Assembly: GCA_024679065.1 (NCBI GenBank) | Contig: JAGIQG010000040.1 | Coordinates: 558,001-622,000 of the forward strand | Length of the DNA: 64,000 nucleotides | Source of the DNA: Sphyrna mokarran | Taxonomy: Eukaryota | Direction: 5' to 3' | Shown: one piece after another, positions 47,660-59,260 of the stretch | Numbering within the stretch: position 1 is the first letter of the stretch | How the letters are laid out: every line of letters begins with the position of its first letter | Made by a program: the position numbers and the translations under genes | The notes under the pieces: model-generated | Seen by the model: only the letters and a program-made list of their open reading frames with translations | What the model was told of the DNA's origin: nothing | Databases searched by the model: none

Positions 47660-50320
47660 GAAGGATGTAGAATCCTTCAGCATGATCTGGACAGGTTGGG
47701 TGAGAGGGCTAATCAGTGGCAGATGCAGTGTAATTTGGATAAGTGTGAGGTTATTCACTTTGGAAGCAAAAACAAGAAGGCAGATTATTACCTGAACGGC
47801 TGTAAATTGGGAGAGGGGAATGTGCAGCGGGAACTGGGTGCACCAGTCACTGAAGGTGAGCATGCAGATGTAGTAAGCGGTAAAGAAGGCAAATGGTATG
47901 TTGGCCTTCATTGCGAGATGCTTCAAGTACAGGAACAGGGATGTGCTATTGCAATTATACAGGGCCTTGGTGAAGCCACACCGAGAGTATTGTGCGCAGT
48001 TTTGGTCTCCTTTTCTGAGGAAAGACATACTTGCTCTTGATGGAGTGCAGCAAAGGGTTTCCCAGGTTGATTCCGGGGATGGCGGGACTGACGTACGAGG
48101 AGAGATTGACTAAGTTAGGATTGTTTTCGCTGGAGTTCAGATGAATGAGGGTGGGAGGGGATCTCATGAAGACATAAAATTCAAACAGGACTAGACAGGA
48201 TAGATGCAAGGAGGATGTTCCCGATGGTGGGAACACAGTCTGAGAATTTGGGATAGACCACTTAGGATGGAGGTGAGGAGACATTTCTTCACCCAGAGAG
48301 TGATGAGCCTCTGGAATTCATTATCACATGAAGCAGTTGATGCCAAAACATTGAATGTATTCAAGAGGCAGCTGAATATAGCACTTGGGGTGAACGGGAT
48401 CAAAAGTTCTGGGAGAAAGCAGAATTGAGTTGGACAATTCAGCCATGATGGCGATGAATGGCGGAGCAGGCTTGAAGGGCTGAATGGCCTCGTCCTGCTC
48501 CTATCTTGTAAGTTTCTAATGTAAATGGTCATTTTCTTGTGAAATGCTCCAGGTCAGATTGAATAGGAACCTGACCCCACTGCCTGACCATTGTCTCTCA
48601 AAGTCTGTCGAGAATTAGAAGCATGTTTGTCACTCAGATAGTGAGGTCAGGGGCTGGTGGATTGGGCTTTGTTGATCCAGCAGAATGGTGTGATTGGCTC
48701 TTCCAATGGTCTTAGCTCTGAGGTAAATCAGTGATTCGGGACACAAGGAATTACCTGGTGCCCTGCTCAATCTGCACAATGTTTGATTAAATTCTGGGTT
48801 GCAGAGATGGAAACAGTTCCCTTCACTCCTGCAATCTTGGATACTAGTATCAGTCAATGACAGGAACTCAATATTCACAGGAATCCAAGTTGGGGAAGAC
48901 CATAAGACCAAAAGACAAAGCAGCAGAATTATGCCACTCGGCCCATTGAGTCTGCTCCCCCATTCAATCATGGCTGATATTTTTCTTATCCCCATTCTCC
49001 TGCCTTTCCCCATAACCCCTGATCACCTTATTGACCAAGAACTAGCTGTGTCTGTCTTAAAGACACTCAATGATCTGGCCCTCCACAGCCTTCTGCGGCA
49101 AAGAGTTCCATACATTCCCCACTCTCTGGCTGAAGAAATTCCTCCTCATCTCTGTTTTAAAGGATTGTCCTTTTAGCCTGAGGTTATCCCTCTGGTTCTA
49201 GTTTTTCCTACTAGTGGAAACATCCTCTCCACGTCTACTCTATTCAAGCCTCGCAGTATCCTGTAAGTTTCACTAAGATGCCCCTCTCATTCTTCTAAAC
49301 TCCGAGTACAGATCCAGAGTCCTCAACTGTTCCTCATATGACAAGGAATCATTCTTCTGAATCTCCTCTGGGCCTTTTCCAAGGTCACCACATCCGTCCT
49401 TAGATACGTGGACCCAAACTGCTCACAATACTCCAAATGGGGTCAGACCAGAACCTTATACAGCCTCAGAGATCCATCCCTGCTCTTATATTTTAGCCCT
49501 TTCAACTGTTTTTTCCACTTTTCCTCACAGTGGGAAAGTGGAATTAAATGCCCAGTGTCTAATATAATTATTTTACAAGGATAAGGGGACTTCTCACAAA
49601 CCCTGTTAGGTTCCCTGACAAATTCAGAAAATGGACTTCGACTGAGTGATGAACAGAATCAGCGATCCCAAAGTGGAAGGAAATTGGTGAACATTTTGTT
49701 TCAAAGACGAGAGAGAGAGAATGGAACATCTCAACCTAATAAAAGACCCAGTCCTGTCAGACAGACACTGTGTGCTGACCATGAGCTGAAACTGCAGCCG
49801 CAAGGGGTGATGGCTGGTGTACAACAGACTGTAGGAGTGGAGGCTTTGGAGAGGATATGGAAGAGTTTACCAGGATGTTGCCTGCTCTGGAAAGGTTGAA
49901 GAAACTTGGTTTGTTCTCACTGGAACGACGGAGGTTGAGGGGTGGTGACCTGATAGAGGTTTACAAGATTGAGTGGCACGGACAGAGTGGATAGTCAGAT
50001 GCTCTTTCCTTAAGGTAGAAAAGACAAGTACGACGGTACATCAGTTTAAGGTGCGTAGAGAAAAGTTTAGAGGAGCTTGCGAGACAAGTTTTTTTACACA
50101 GAGGATGGTGAATGTCTGGAATGTGCTGACCGGGGGGGTAATGGGACAGGCACCAGGGAGGTAATGGGCAACTAGACGAATACATGAATAGAATGGGAAT
50201 GGAAGGATACAAACTCTGTACCTGCACACGGTTTTAGTTTAGACAGGCATCATGATCAGCACAGGCTTGGAGGGCCGAAGGGCCCGTTCAATGTGCTGTT
50301 CTGCTCTTTGTTCTTTGTAC
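47660..50320. mobile_element. Cluster of further CR1 3' fragments (47660-48520 +, 48900-49500 -, 49830-50320 +)
   Basis: [37 protein letters not shown] and FFTQRV motifs. Confidence 0.75.
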
Positions 50321-53018
50321 AGCACACGCAGTAAACTGCTGGGTATCTGAAATGTAAATGTCCTCGAGGGGAGACGATAGCCTCATGGTATTATTGCTCA
50401 ACTATTAACCAAAACTCAGCTCATGTTCTGGGGACCAGGGTTCAAATCCTGCCACTCCAGATGGTGAATTTCAAATCAATAAAAAGTATTTGGAATTAAG
50501 ATCTACTAATGACCACGAAACCAATGTCGACTGGCGGAAAAACCTATCTGGTTCACTGATGTTCTTTAGGGAAGGAAATCTGCCTTGGTTACCTGGTCTG
50601 GCCTGACCTACATGTGACTCCAGAGCCACAGCAATGTGGTTGACTTTCAACTGTCCTCTGAACAAGGACAACTAGGGGTGGGTAATAAATGCTGGCCAGC
50701 CAGCGATGCCCATGTCCCACAAATGAATTGAAAGATGGATATAAAACAGAAAATGGGAACAATTCAAGTGTTATCTTCCCAGGCCAGTAACTCTGAAGGA
50801 AACTGGGGAAAGGACATTTTATGCAGAAATAATCCCAACCTGCAGGAAGAGGGAACTTGTGTTACTTCCTCTGATTCCTGGGGGTTGTTCTCCCAATGCA
50901 AACCAACCATCTTCTTTCACAAGGAATTACTGTCAATGGCAATGTGCATTGATATAGCGCCGTCAATGCAGCAACCCATTTCAAAGGGTCTGACAGGATC
51001 AAAACCAAAGGGGAGCTGACACTGAGCCAAAAGGAGAAGATATTGTGATATACCGAAAGCTTGGCCGAATGAGAGAGAGGCTTTAAAAAGAATCTCAAAT
51101 GAGGGGAGAGAGATGACAAGTCAGTGAGGTTTGGGCAGTAAGTTGCAGAGATTAGGGCCCCGATGGTTGAAGGCATGTCCACTGATGCTGGGGGGAAAGG
51201 AAGCGAAGGATGTACCAGAGACTAGAGTTGGATGGCTGTAGGAATGGAGAAGGTTACAGAGATCAGGAGAGGTGCAGCCAACGGAACATGAAGATAAGAA
51301 CCTGGATCAGGCTTAGAATCCTTAAATATGTGGTCCTTAATTTTGCCGGCTGCTTTACTGAGGCAGTGGGAAGTATAGACAGAGTCAATGGATGAGAGGC
51401 TGGATTGAGTGATGGATTGGGCTAGACTCAACCCTTTTGTAGTTCCTTGCGGTCTTGGGCAGCACAAAAGCCATACCAAGCTGTGATTAAACCAGAAAGA
51501 ATGCTTTTTATGGTGCATCTGTAAAAGTTGGCGAGAGTTGGAGCTGACATGCCAATATGGTGATCAGATAATCTGGTAAATATTGACTACTTCCCCTTTT
51601 TTAAAACCCTGACAATAGGATCTATTTCTTCAGCCTGAGAAGGGACCTTGGTTTCAGGTCTCTTTCTGAAAGATGGCACTGCAAACAGAGTTCCCTTAGT
51701 ACTGCTTGGCCATTCTTGCTCATGAAGTCAAGTATCTGTCATGGGACTTGAACATGCAGTAATATAGAGGAGGCAGCCCGGCTAACGAGGCAAGGCTGAC
51801 ACGGCCAATTAATGATCCAGAGAACTGAGTTCAAATCCAAGACAGCCTGAGAATTTGAATTTAGTTTTAGAAAGTAAAAATTGGAAATTAAACGCTGACA
51901 TCAATAAACCAGAAACTGTTCACTTGTCATTAAAAACCCAACTAGTTTGTTGATGTTCCTTTCAGGAATGATTATTGGTTAGAATCCCTACAGCACAGAA
52001 GGAAGCACTTGCAATATTGTGTTCAATTCTGGTCGTCACACTACCAGAAGGATGTGGATGCTTTGGAGAGGGTTCAGAAAAGATTTACCAGGACGTTGCC
52101 TAGTATGGAGGGCACTAATTATGAGGAGAGGATGGAGAAACATGGTTTGTTCTCACTGGAATGACGGAGGTTGAAAATAGTGACCTGATAGAAATCAAAA
52201 AGATTATGAGAGGCATAGACAGAGTGGATAGTCAGAAGCTTTTTCCTAGGTTGGAAGAGTCAACTTCTAGGGGGCACAGGTTTAAGGTGCGAGGGACAAG
52301 ATTTAAAGGAGATGTACGAGGCAGGTTTTTTACACAGAGGGTGGTGGGTGCCTGGAACTCGCTGCCAGGGGGAGGGAGTGGAAGCGGATACGATAGTGAG
52401 TTTTAAGGGACATCTTGACAAATCCAAAAATAGGATGAAAATAGAGAGATATAGTCTCCGGAAGTGTTGGGAATTTTAGTTAAGTCGGGGCAGCATGGTC
52501 AGTGCAGGCTTGAAGAGCTGAAGGGCCTGTTCCTGTGCCGCAATTTTCTTTGTTTTTTTGTTCTTCGTTCTGTGAAGCCATTCAACCCACCGAGTCTACA
52601 CCGATCACAATCCCACCTCGGTCCTATCCCTGTAATCCCACACATTTCCCTTGCTGATCCTCCTAACACTAAGGTCAATTTAACACTGCCAATCCACCTA
52701 GCCTGCACATCTTTGGACCGTGGGAGAAAACTGGAGCACCCGGAGGAAACCCTCACAGGTATAGGGAGAACGTGCGGACACCCACACAGACAGTGACCCG
52801 AGACCGGATTTGTGAGGCAGCAGTATTAACCACTGTGCCACTGTGCCGACTGTCCTGACCCTGTCTGCCTCAGATGTGGCTCCAGGCACAAACCCTGTGA
52901 AAGATCCCTGTGAGCCACTGTTGTATCTGTGACAACAGGCCTGAATCACCAGCCTTGCAAAGCCATGTCCTCGTCCCACCGGGTAATCATGAAATAATCA
53001 TTGTCATTTCTCACCCAG

Positions 53019-53339
53019 ATCACTGTTTGGACACTGGGATCTCAGTCACCTTAAGGAAGCCTCCTTTCGAAGAGATCTGGAGGAACAGGACAGCCACTCT
53101 TCTTTGTGAGATACTTCACGGTGATTTGGAGGGAGCCAGGGTGACCTGGCTGGTGGATGGAATTGAGAGAAAAGATGGAGTGAAGACTCAGAATCCCAAG
53201 AGGAATGGAAACAGAGACATGATCTTCAGCAGACTGACAGTCCCCGCCGCAGAGTGGGAGAGCGGGGTCGAGTATTTGTGTTGGGTGGAGGACAAAAGTT
53301 TGCCCACGCCGGAGAAGAGGTCAATCAGGAAAGCCCAAG
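53019..53339 (+). CDS. IgW: IgW constant exon C5
   Basis: Acceptor TCTCACCCAG. Encodes DHCLDTGISVTLRKPPFEEIWRNRTATLLCEI...VTWLVDG...SRLTVPAAEWESGVEYLCWVEDKSLPTP...KAQ. Donor CAAG/GTACGT. Confidence 0.96.
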
Positions 53340-53495
53340 GTACGTGTGGATGGAACTAGTCAAAGAGTCATAGAGATTTACAGCATGGAAACCCGCTTTG
53401 TTACCGTGCCACCCCGTCTTCCTCACCCGGTTTGCGTCACTGGGTAAATACAAGAGAGAAAGACTCAGTCTAATCTATATTGTCTCTGTTTGCAG

Positions 53496-53878
53496 TTGAG
53501 GTTAAGACTCAGCCTCAAATCTACCTCCTTCCCCCTTCATCGGATGAGATGGAGAGGGAGCAGACTGCGACCTTGGTGTGCCTGGTGACCGGATTCTCCC
53601 CCGCAGACATCTACCTGGCCTGGATGGCCAACGACACCCTCCTGAAATCGGGATTCGTGAACCAGCCGGTGAGCGAGGACGGTCACAGCGGCTGGAACTC
53701 CAGCAGTCAGCTGACAGTCTCTGCGGACGAGTGGGACAGCGGCACCACTTACTCCTGTGTGGTGGGACATGAGTCAGTCACATCAAACCTGTTCAGGAGC
53801 ATTAATAAATCTCATGGCAAACCCACCCTGGTCAATGTGTCACTTGTCCTGACCGAGAGCTTTAAATCCTGCTCATAA
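53496..53878 (+). CDS. IgW: IgW constant exon C6 with contiguous secretory tail (53816-53878, GKPTLVNVSLVLTESFKSCS*)
   Basis: Acceptor TGTTTGCAG. Encodes QPQIYLLPPSSDEM...ATLVCLVTGFSPADIYLAW...SSQLTVSADEWDSGTTYSCVVGHES. The IgM-type tailpiece has an NVS sequon and a penultimate Cys. Confidence 0.97.
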
Positions 53879-54162
53879 CATCTGGCCATTCAATCAGCCA
53901 TTTATATAATCCTTATAAATCGATGGTTAATACAGCCAGAGGATTGGTGTGATCACAAGAACAGCTCTCTTCTGGTGACAGGTCACAGAAAACGGCTTTG
54001 CTCGATCGTTGAGATAAAGAAACTATTCGGTGATTGAATCAGACTCCAAACATCCTTTTCTCCAAATGTCTGAAAGTCTTGAGTTCCCTTTGCAATATTT
54101 GATTGAGTGTGAGATCGCACAAAGGGTTAATTGTACACGGCACAATGTCCTGATCCAGTTTT

Positions 54163-54168
54163 AATAAA
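54163..54168 (+). terminator. Polyadenylation signal for the secreted form
   Basis: AATAAA ~285 nt after the stop, followed by a GT-rich downstream element (TTGTTGGTGTGTTTT ~54203-54217). Confidence 0.75.
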
Positions 54169-54229
54169 CATGATGTCAAAAGGTTTCAGTTTCAAGTCTT
54201 CATTGTTGGTGTGTTTTGAGAAACAGTAA

Positions 54230-54860
54230 ATGAGTCAAACTTAAAGTTTACTTATTAATGTCACAAGTAAGCTTACATTAATGCTGCAATGAAGTTACTG
54301 TGAAAATCCCGTGGTCACCACACTCCGTGCCTGTTTGGGTACTCTGAGGGAGAATTTAGCATGGCCAATGCACCTAACCAGCATATTTTGAGGATTATGG
54401 GAGGAAACCCACACAGACACGGGGAGAATATGCAGACAGTGACCCAAGCTGGGAACTGAACCTGGGTCCCCTGCGCTGTGAGATAGCAGTCCTAACCACT
54501 GTGCCACCATGTCACACTAACTTCGGACATGAGATGTGGTGAGCGTAATGTGCTTGTGACCAGCAGAGTTGCAATGATTAGTCCACAGCAGGGCGGCACA
54601 GTGGTTAGTACTGCTGCCCCACAGTGCCAGGGACCTGGGTTCAATCCCCAGCTTGGGTCACGTGTCTGTGTGGAGTCTGCACATTCTCACCACGTCTGCG
54701 TGAGTTTTGTCTGAGTGTTCCAGTTTCCTCCCACAGTCCAAAAGGCGCGCTGGCTAGGTGTACCTGAAAAGGCGCAGGAGTGTGGTAACTAGGGGATTTT
54801 CACAGTAACTTCATTGCAGTGTTAATATAAGCCTACTTGTGACAATAATACATAAACTTT
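54230..54860. mobile_element. Two head-to-head HE1-like SINEs (54230-54510 minus; 54590-54860 plus)
   Basis: tRNA-like heads (GGCACAGTGGTTAG...GGTTCAATCCC) and a shared tail (TTTCACAGTAACTTCATTGCAGTGTTAAT) in opposite orientations. Confidence 0.75.
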
Positions 54861-56173
54861 AAAACAGCTCCATCACCATTGTAAATATTAATGTCAGGTT
54901 GGCTGTGGTCTTTCTTGGTTTATCCGATTCAATTTGCTGTCAGTCAGTTCCCACAGTGAGAACTGTGAGAATGAGCGGATCATCTGGTTTTGGTTGAAAG
55001 GTGGATGTTGTCTGACTCAGAACTCTGCAGGGAATTTCCTGCTCTTCTTCCAGTAGTGTTGTGGGTCATTTACACATTAACATCAGCCTGAGGGCCATTG
55101 CTTAACGTCTCATTGGAAAGATGGCACCTCCGACACTGCAGCACTTTATCAGCCCTGTATCGGAGTGTGCCCCTGAATGATGCACTCTAGTCTCTGGAGT
55201 GAAACTCAAACTCTCAATTTTCTGAACCAGAGCTGGGAATGTTATCTACAAACCCCACCACAGTGATCCGTGAACTGCAGGCTTTCAGAATCCATTTGGT
55301 CCCTCACTCTCTCATATCACCACTCACAGCAACTTGTGTCACTGAGCAGATAAGGTCAGTGACACAAGGTCAGTCACATCTGGTGACTGCACAAGTTCAT
55401 CTAATGCTGCCTCAGAAAATATTGGGTCGACTGAAATATTAAATAGAGGCAGCAAATCAAAAAGAAATATTTGAAGTGAAAGGAATTTCATCCTGGTTGT
55501 GGGGATAATCTCAGAGTGCTCCCTGCAGGTCAATAGGTGTTACTGGAGACAAAAAGTGTGATAGAGAGAGAGAGGGAAAGTGTGAGAGTGACAGTGAAAC
55601 ATAAAAGGAAGACAGTGCGAGAGGGAAGAGGGAGACAGAATCAGAGAGGGGTTGAGAAGTAGAGAGTTTGTAATGATTCAATGCTCCCAGTGCTTTTCCT
55701 TTATTCATTTGTGAGACGTGGGCATTGCTGGCTGGGCCACCATTTATTTCCCATCCTAGTTACCTGAGAGCAGTTGAGAGTCAACCACATTGCTGTGGCT
55801 CTGGAGCCACATGTAGGCCAGACCAGATAAGGACGGCAGATTTCCTTCCCCAAAGGACATTAGTGAACCCAGTGGGTTTTTTTTTAAAACAACAATCGAC
55901 AATGGTTTCATGATCTTTGATCGACTCCTAATTCCAGATTTTTATTATTGAATTCAAATTCTACCAGCTGCCTTGGTGGGATTCGAACCCGTGTCTCCAG
56001 ATTATTAGCTGAGTTTCTGGTTTAATAGTCTAGCGATAATGCCACTAGGCCATCACTTCCCTCCCCCCTGCTGCTCCACTGTTGTCTTCTCCTTCGCTGT
56101 GTTATCTTCAAACTGTTGGGATGTTGGGGACCTTGATGTGAATTTTAACAGCTCTGATTTCTCTTTGTTTCAG

Positions 56174-56316
56174 CGAAACCTCCAGAGGTGACAGGAGAGG
56201 AAGGAAAGGAAGAAATGGGAGATTTGGAGGGAGATGACAACGCGCTGACAGTTTCTGCCTTTATCATTCTGTTTATTCTCAGTTTCCTCTACAGCACCTT
56301 TGTTACTCTCGTCAAG
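56174..56316 (+). CDS. IgW: IgW transmembrane exon TM1
   Basis: Acceptor TCTTTGTTTCAG, phase 1. Acidic spacer AKPPEVTGEEGKEEMGDLEGDD, then LTVSAFIILFILSFLYSTFVTLVK carrying the antigen-receptor CART residues (F..LF.LS..YST.VT). Donor AAG/GTGACC. Confidence 0.95.
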
Positions 56317-56519
56317 GTGACCAGATTTAATTTTCAATTCAGTGATAACAGCCACACACAATTTAAAGCCATGATTTATCTACAATTGATCCCCATATCT
56401 TATTATCCAACTCTCTAATTCCAACCATTAGGTTACAAACACACCCACAGTTGACTGGCAACAAACTACCGTTATTTTAAGCTTTTCATTTCACCTGATC
56501 TGGGGGCTTCAATTCAGCC

Positions 56520-58350
56520 AGGGGTTAGATTCCCTGTCCTTCATTGTCCGTTTCCCAAAATAAGGTCAGGTTACCTGTGTGTTAGTGTCCATTTCCCATA
56601 ATAAGGACAGATCCCAGGTCCTTTAGTTTCCATCTCCTAGAATAAGGTCAAATTCCCAGTCCTTTAACATCCATGTCTCAGAAAGAAGTCAGATTTCCAT
56701 CCTCTCTGGGGCAGAATGGTGACACAGTGATTAGCACTGCTGACTCACAGTAAAAAGGGCCTGGGTAACTGTCTGTGTGGAGTTTGCATGTTCTCCCCGT
56801 GTCTGCCTGGATTTCCTCTGGTGCTCCGGTTTGCTATTACAGTCCAAAGAAATGCAGGTTAGGTTGATTGGCTGTACTAAATTGCCCCTTAGTCTCAAGG
56901 CGATTAACAGTGCAAATCCGTGGATGTATAAGGTAAACTTTGGTGGGATCGGTGTTAGCGCAGACTTGATGGGCTGAATGTCCTCCTTATGCACTGTCAG
57001 GATGCTATGATTATTTATTGTCCATTTCCCTGACAAAAGTGAGATTCCCTGTCCTTTTGTATCCATGTCCCAGAATAAGATGGGTTTCCCAGTATTTTAG
57101 TCCATATCCCAGAAAGAGAGGAGATTCTCTGTCCTTCAGTGCATATGTCCCAGATTCAGGCCAGCTTCCCTGTCCATTAGTGTCCATCTGGCAGGAGAAG
57201 GTCAGATTCCCTGCCATTAAGCTCTCTATTCCAGAATAAAGTTAGATTTTCTGTTCTTTTTGCCCAAATCTCTGAATAAGGTCGTATTCCCAGTCCTTTA
57301 GTGTCCATGTCCCAGAATAAGGAAAGATTCTGAGTCCTTTAGTGTCCATGTCTCAGAATAAGCTCAGATTCCCAGTCCTTTCATTGTCTTTCATTATAAA
57401 ACTCCCAGATTCTCTGAGCTTTATTGTCCATGTCTCAGAATAAAGTCAGGTTACTGTCTGCTCCTGGACAGCATGGTGGCACAGTAGTTAGCACTGCTGC
57501 CTCACAGCAAAAGGGGGTCTGGGTTCTGGTCTGGCCTCAGGTAACTGTCTGTGTGGAGTTTGCATGTTCTCCCTGTGTCCGCCTGGATTTCCTCTGGGTG
57601 CTCCGGTTTGCTATTACAGTCCAAAGATCTATGGGATAGGTTGATTGGCCATGATAAATTGCCTTTTTGGTGTGAAGGGGATTAGCAGTGTAAATCCATG
57701 GGTAAACAACATAGGCTTGGGTGGGATTGGTGTCAGTGCAAGCTTGATGGGCTGATTGGTCTCCTTCTGCACTGTCGGGATGCTGATTGTTCAGTGTCCA
57801 TTTCTCTGACTAAGGTCAGATTTCCTTGTCCTTCAGTGTCCATGTCTGAGAATAAGGTCAGGTTCCTGTTCTTTAAGATCCATGTCCCACAATGAGATCT
57901 GATTCCCTGTCTTTTAGAGTCCATGTCCGAGATGAGGTCAGATTCCCTGTACTGTAGAGTCCATGTCCCAGAATAAGGTTGATTCCTGGTCCTTTAGTGT
58001 CCTTGTCACAGAATAAGGTCAAATTCCTTGTCCTTTAGTATCCATATCCCAGAAATAACGTCAAATTTCCTGTCCTTTAGTATCCATGTCCCAGAATAAA
58101 GTCGGATTCCCAGTCCTTCAGTGCCATAACATAAATAAGAAATAGGACTAGGAGTAGACCATCTAGCCCCTCTGGCCAGGAAACCAATGCAGACACGGGG
58201 AGAATGTGCAGACTCTGCACAGACAATGATCCTATTGGCCCAATTATTATCATTCTGAGCACAACGATAAACCTATTCTGCAGGTTTCATCTCCCAGAAA
58301 AAGGACAGACCTCTGTCCTTTAGTATCCATTTCCCAGAATGAGGACAACC
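56520..58350 (+). repeat. Degenerate ~41-bp tandem repeat in the TM1-TM2 intron, interrupted by HE1-like SINEs (~56710-57010, ~57470-57790)
   Basis: Consensus approximately GTCCATGTCCCAGAATAAGGTCAGATTCCCAGTCCTTTAGT. Confidence 0.8.
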
Positions 58351-58464
58351 CCTCTATAATCCTTTATTGTTCACTTCCGAGTAGACAGGCAGTCTCACTG
58401 TCTTTTTTGGGTGCACTGCCTGTATGGTACATCCAAGGTTCTTATTCTGCTGTCTGTTTTACAG

Positions 58465-58479
58465 GTTCAGCAGCAGTGA
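58465..58479 (+). CDS. IgW: Probable IgW TM2 exon coding part (VQQQ*)
   Basis: Strong acceptor CTGTCTGTTTTACAG, phase 0 matching TM1, a short tail then TGA. It is followed by unique 3'UTR-like sequence and AATAAA at 58893-58898. Confidence 0.7.
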   Translation, partial: VQQQ

Positions 58480-58892
58480 CCAGCGGATGCTTACGGCTCA
58501 CATTCAGACTTACACAAGACGTGAATTGCCCAGAAGTATTCCTGCGATGTTTGGGAACGGAACTTTACATTGTACACTGGAAAATACTCGGCTACTGCAC
58601 TGCCACAGCTCATCCTGGGAGATAAAACTCCAAACGGACCGGGGAACGATTGGGAAAGGGGGGATTGGGATGGGAGGGGGAAACAGTTGGGAAGAACAGC
58701 AGGGAAGGGGGAAGAGGGAGTGGGGAAGGGGGAGGTGGGAGGCAGTGTCAGTATGGGAAGGAGGGAAGGGCTGGTTCTCTGTGTCTTGTGGAAAATATTG
58801 TAAAAGCCAATGTTCAGATTTTTAATCTGAAAGCTTGCAGCTTTTTAAAAAGTATTTGCACTGATGTAAAAGTTTTGGTTTGAAGCTAAATC

Positions 58893-58898
58893 AATAAA
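58893..58898 (+). terminator. Putative polyadenylation signal for the membrane form
   Basis: AATAAA ~415 nt after the TM2 stop. Confidence 0.55.
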
Positions 58899-58974
58899 AA
58901 AACAAATGAAATAATGATGTGAAGCGATGGATGGAACTGAGAAAGGTTGAGTGTAGTTATTGGGTGAATATACC

Positions 58975-59260
58975 CATGTTTAGTCCCCCAGTGTTTTTAG
59001 GGTCCTCCCAGCATATTTGGGGCATCCTCCCCAGGGTGTTAAGGGTTCCCCCCCTCAGGATGTTTAGGGTCCCCCTCCCCACCGTGTGTTTAGGGATCCC
59101 CCTTGTGTGTTTAGGGTCCTCCCAGTGTATTTGGGGCATCCTCCCCAGTGTGTTTAAGGTCTCCCCCAGTGTGTTTAGGGTGCCCTCCCCTCCCCCCTCA
59201 GTGTCTTTAGGGTTCCCCCTCCCCACAGTGTGTTTAGGGTCTCCCCACGGTGTTTAAAGT
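58975..59260 (+). repeat. Degenerate ~20-25-bp repeat GTGTTTAGGG..CCTCCCCCA
   Basis: Visible periodic TTTAGGG/CCCC motifs. Confidence 0.75.

Noticed and set aside
42320-51019. Twin 94-aa ORFs MDIKQKMGTIQVL... (42320-42604 and 50735-51019) as a small duplicated gene or alternative tail exon
   Set aside because: They lie in the duplicated intron block and run into repeat-derived sequence, and many differences are radical amino-acid changes. Phase-1 splicing at the nearby CCCAG gives GQ* only.
53804-53809. AATAAA within C6
   Set aside because: It lies in coding sequence (Asn-Lys); the signal at 54163 with a GT-rich downstream element fits better.
58975-59260. Interstitial telomeric repeat
   Set aside because: TTAGGG occurs singly within longer degenerate units, not as (TTAGGG)n.
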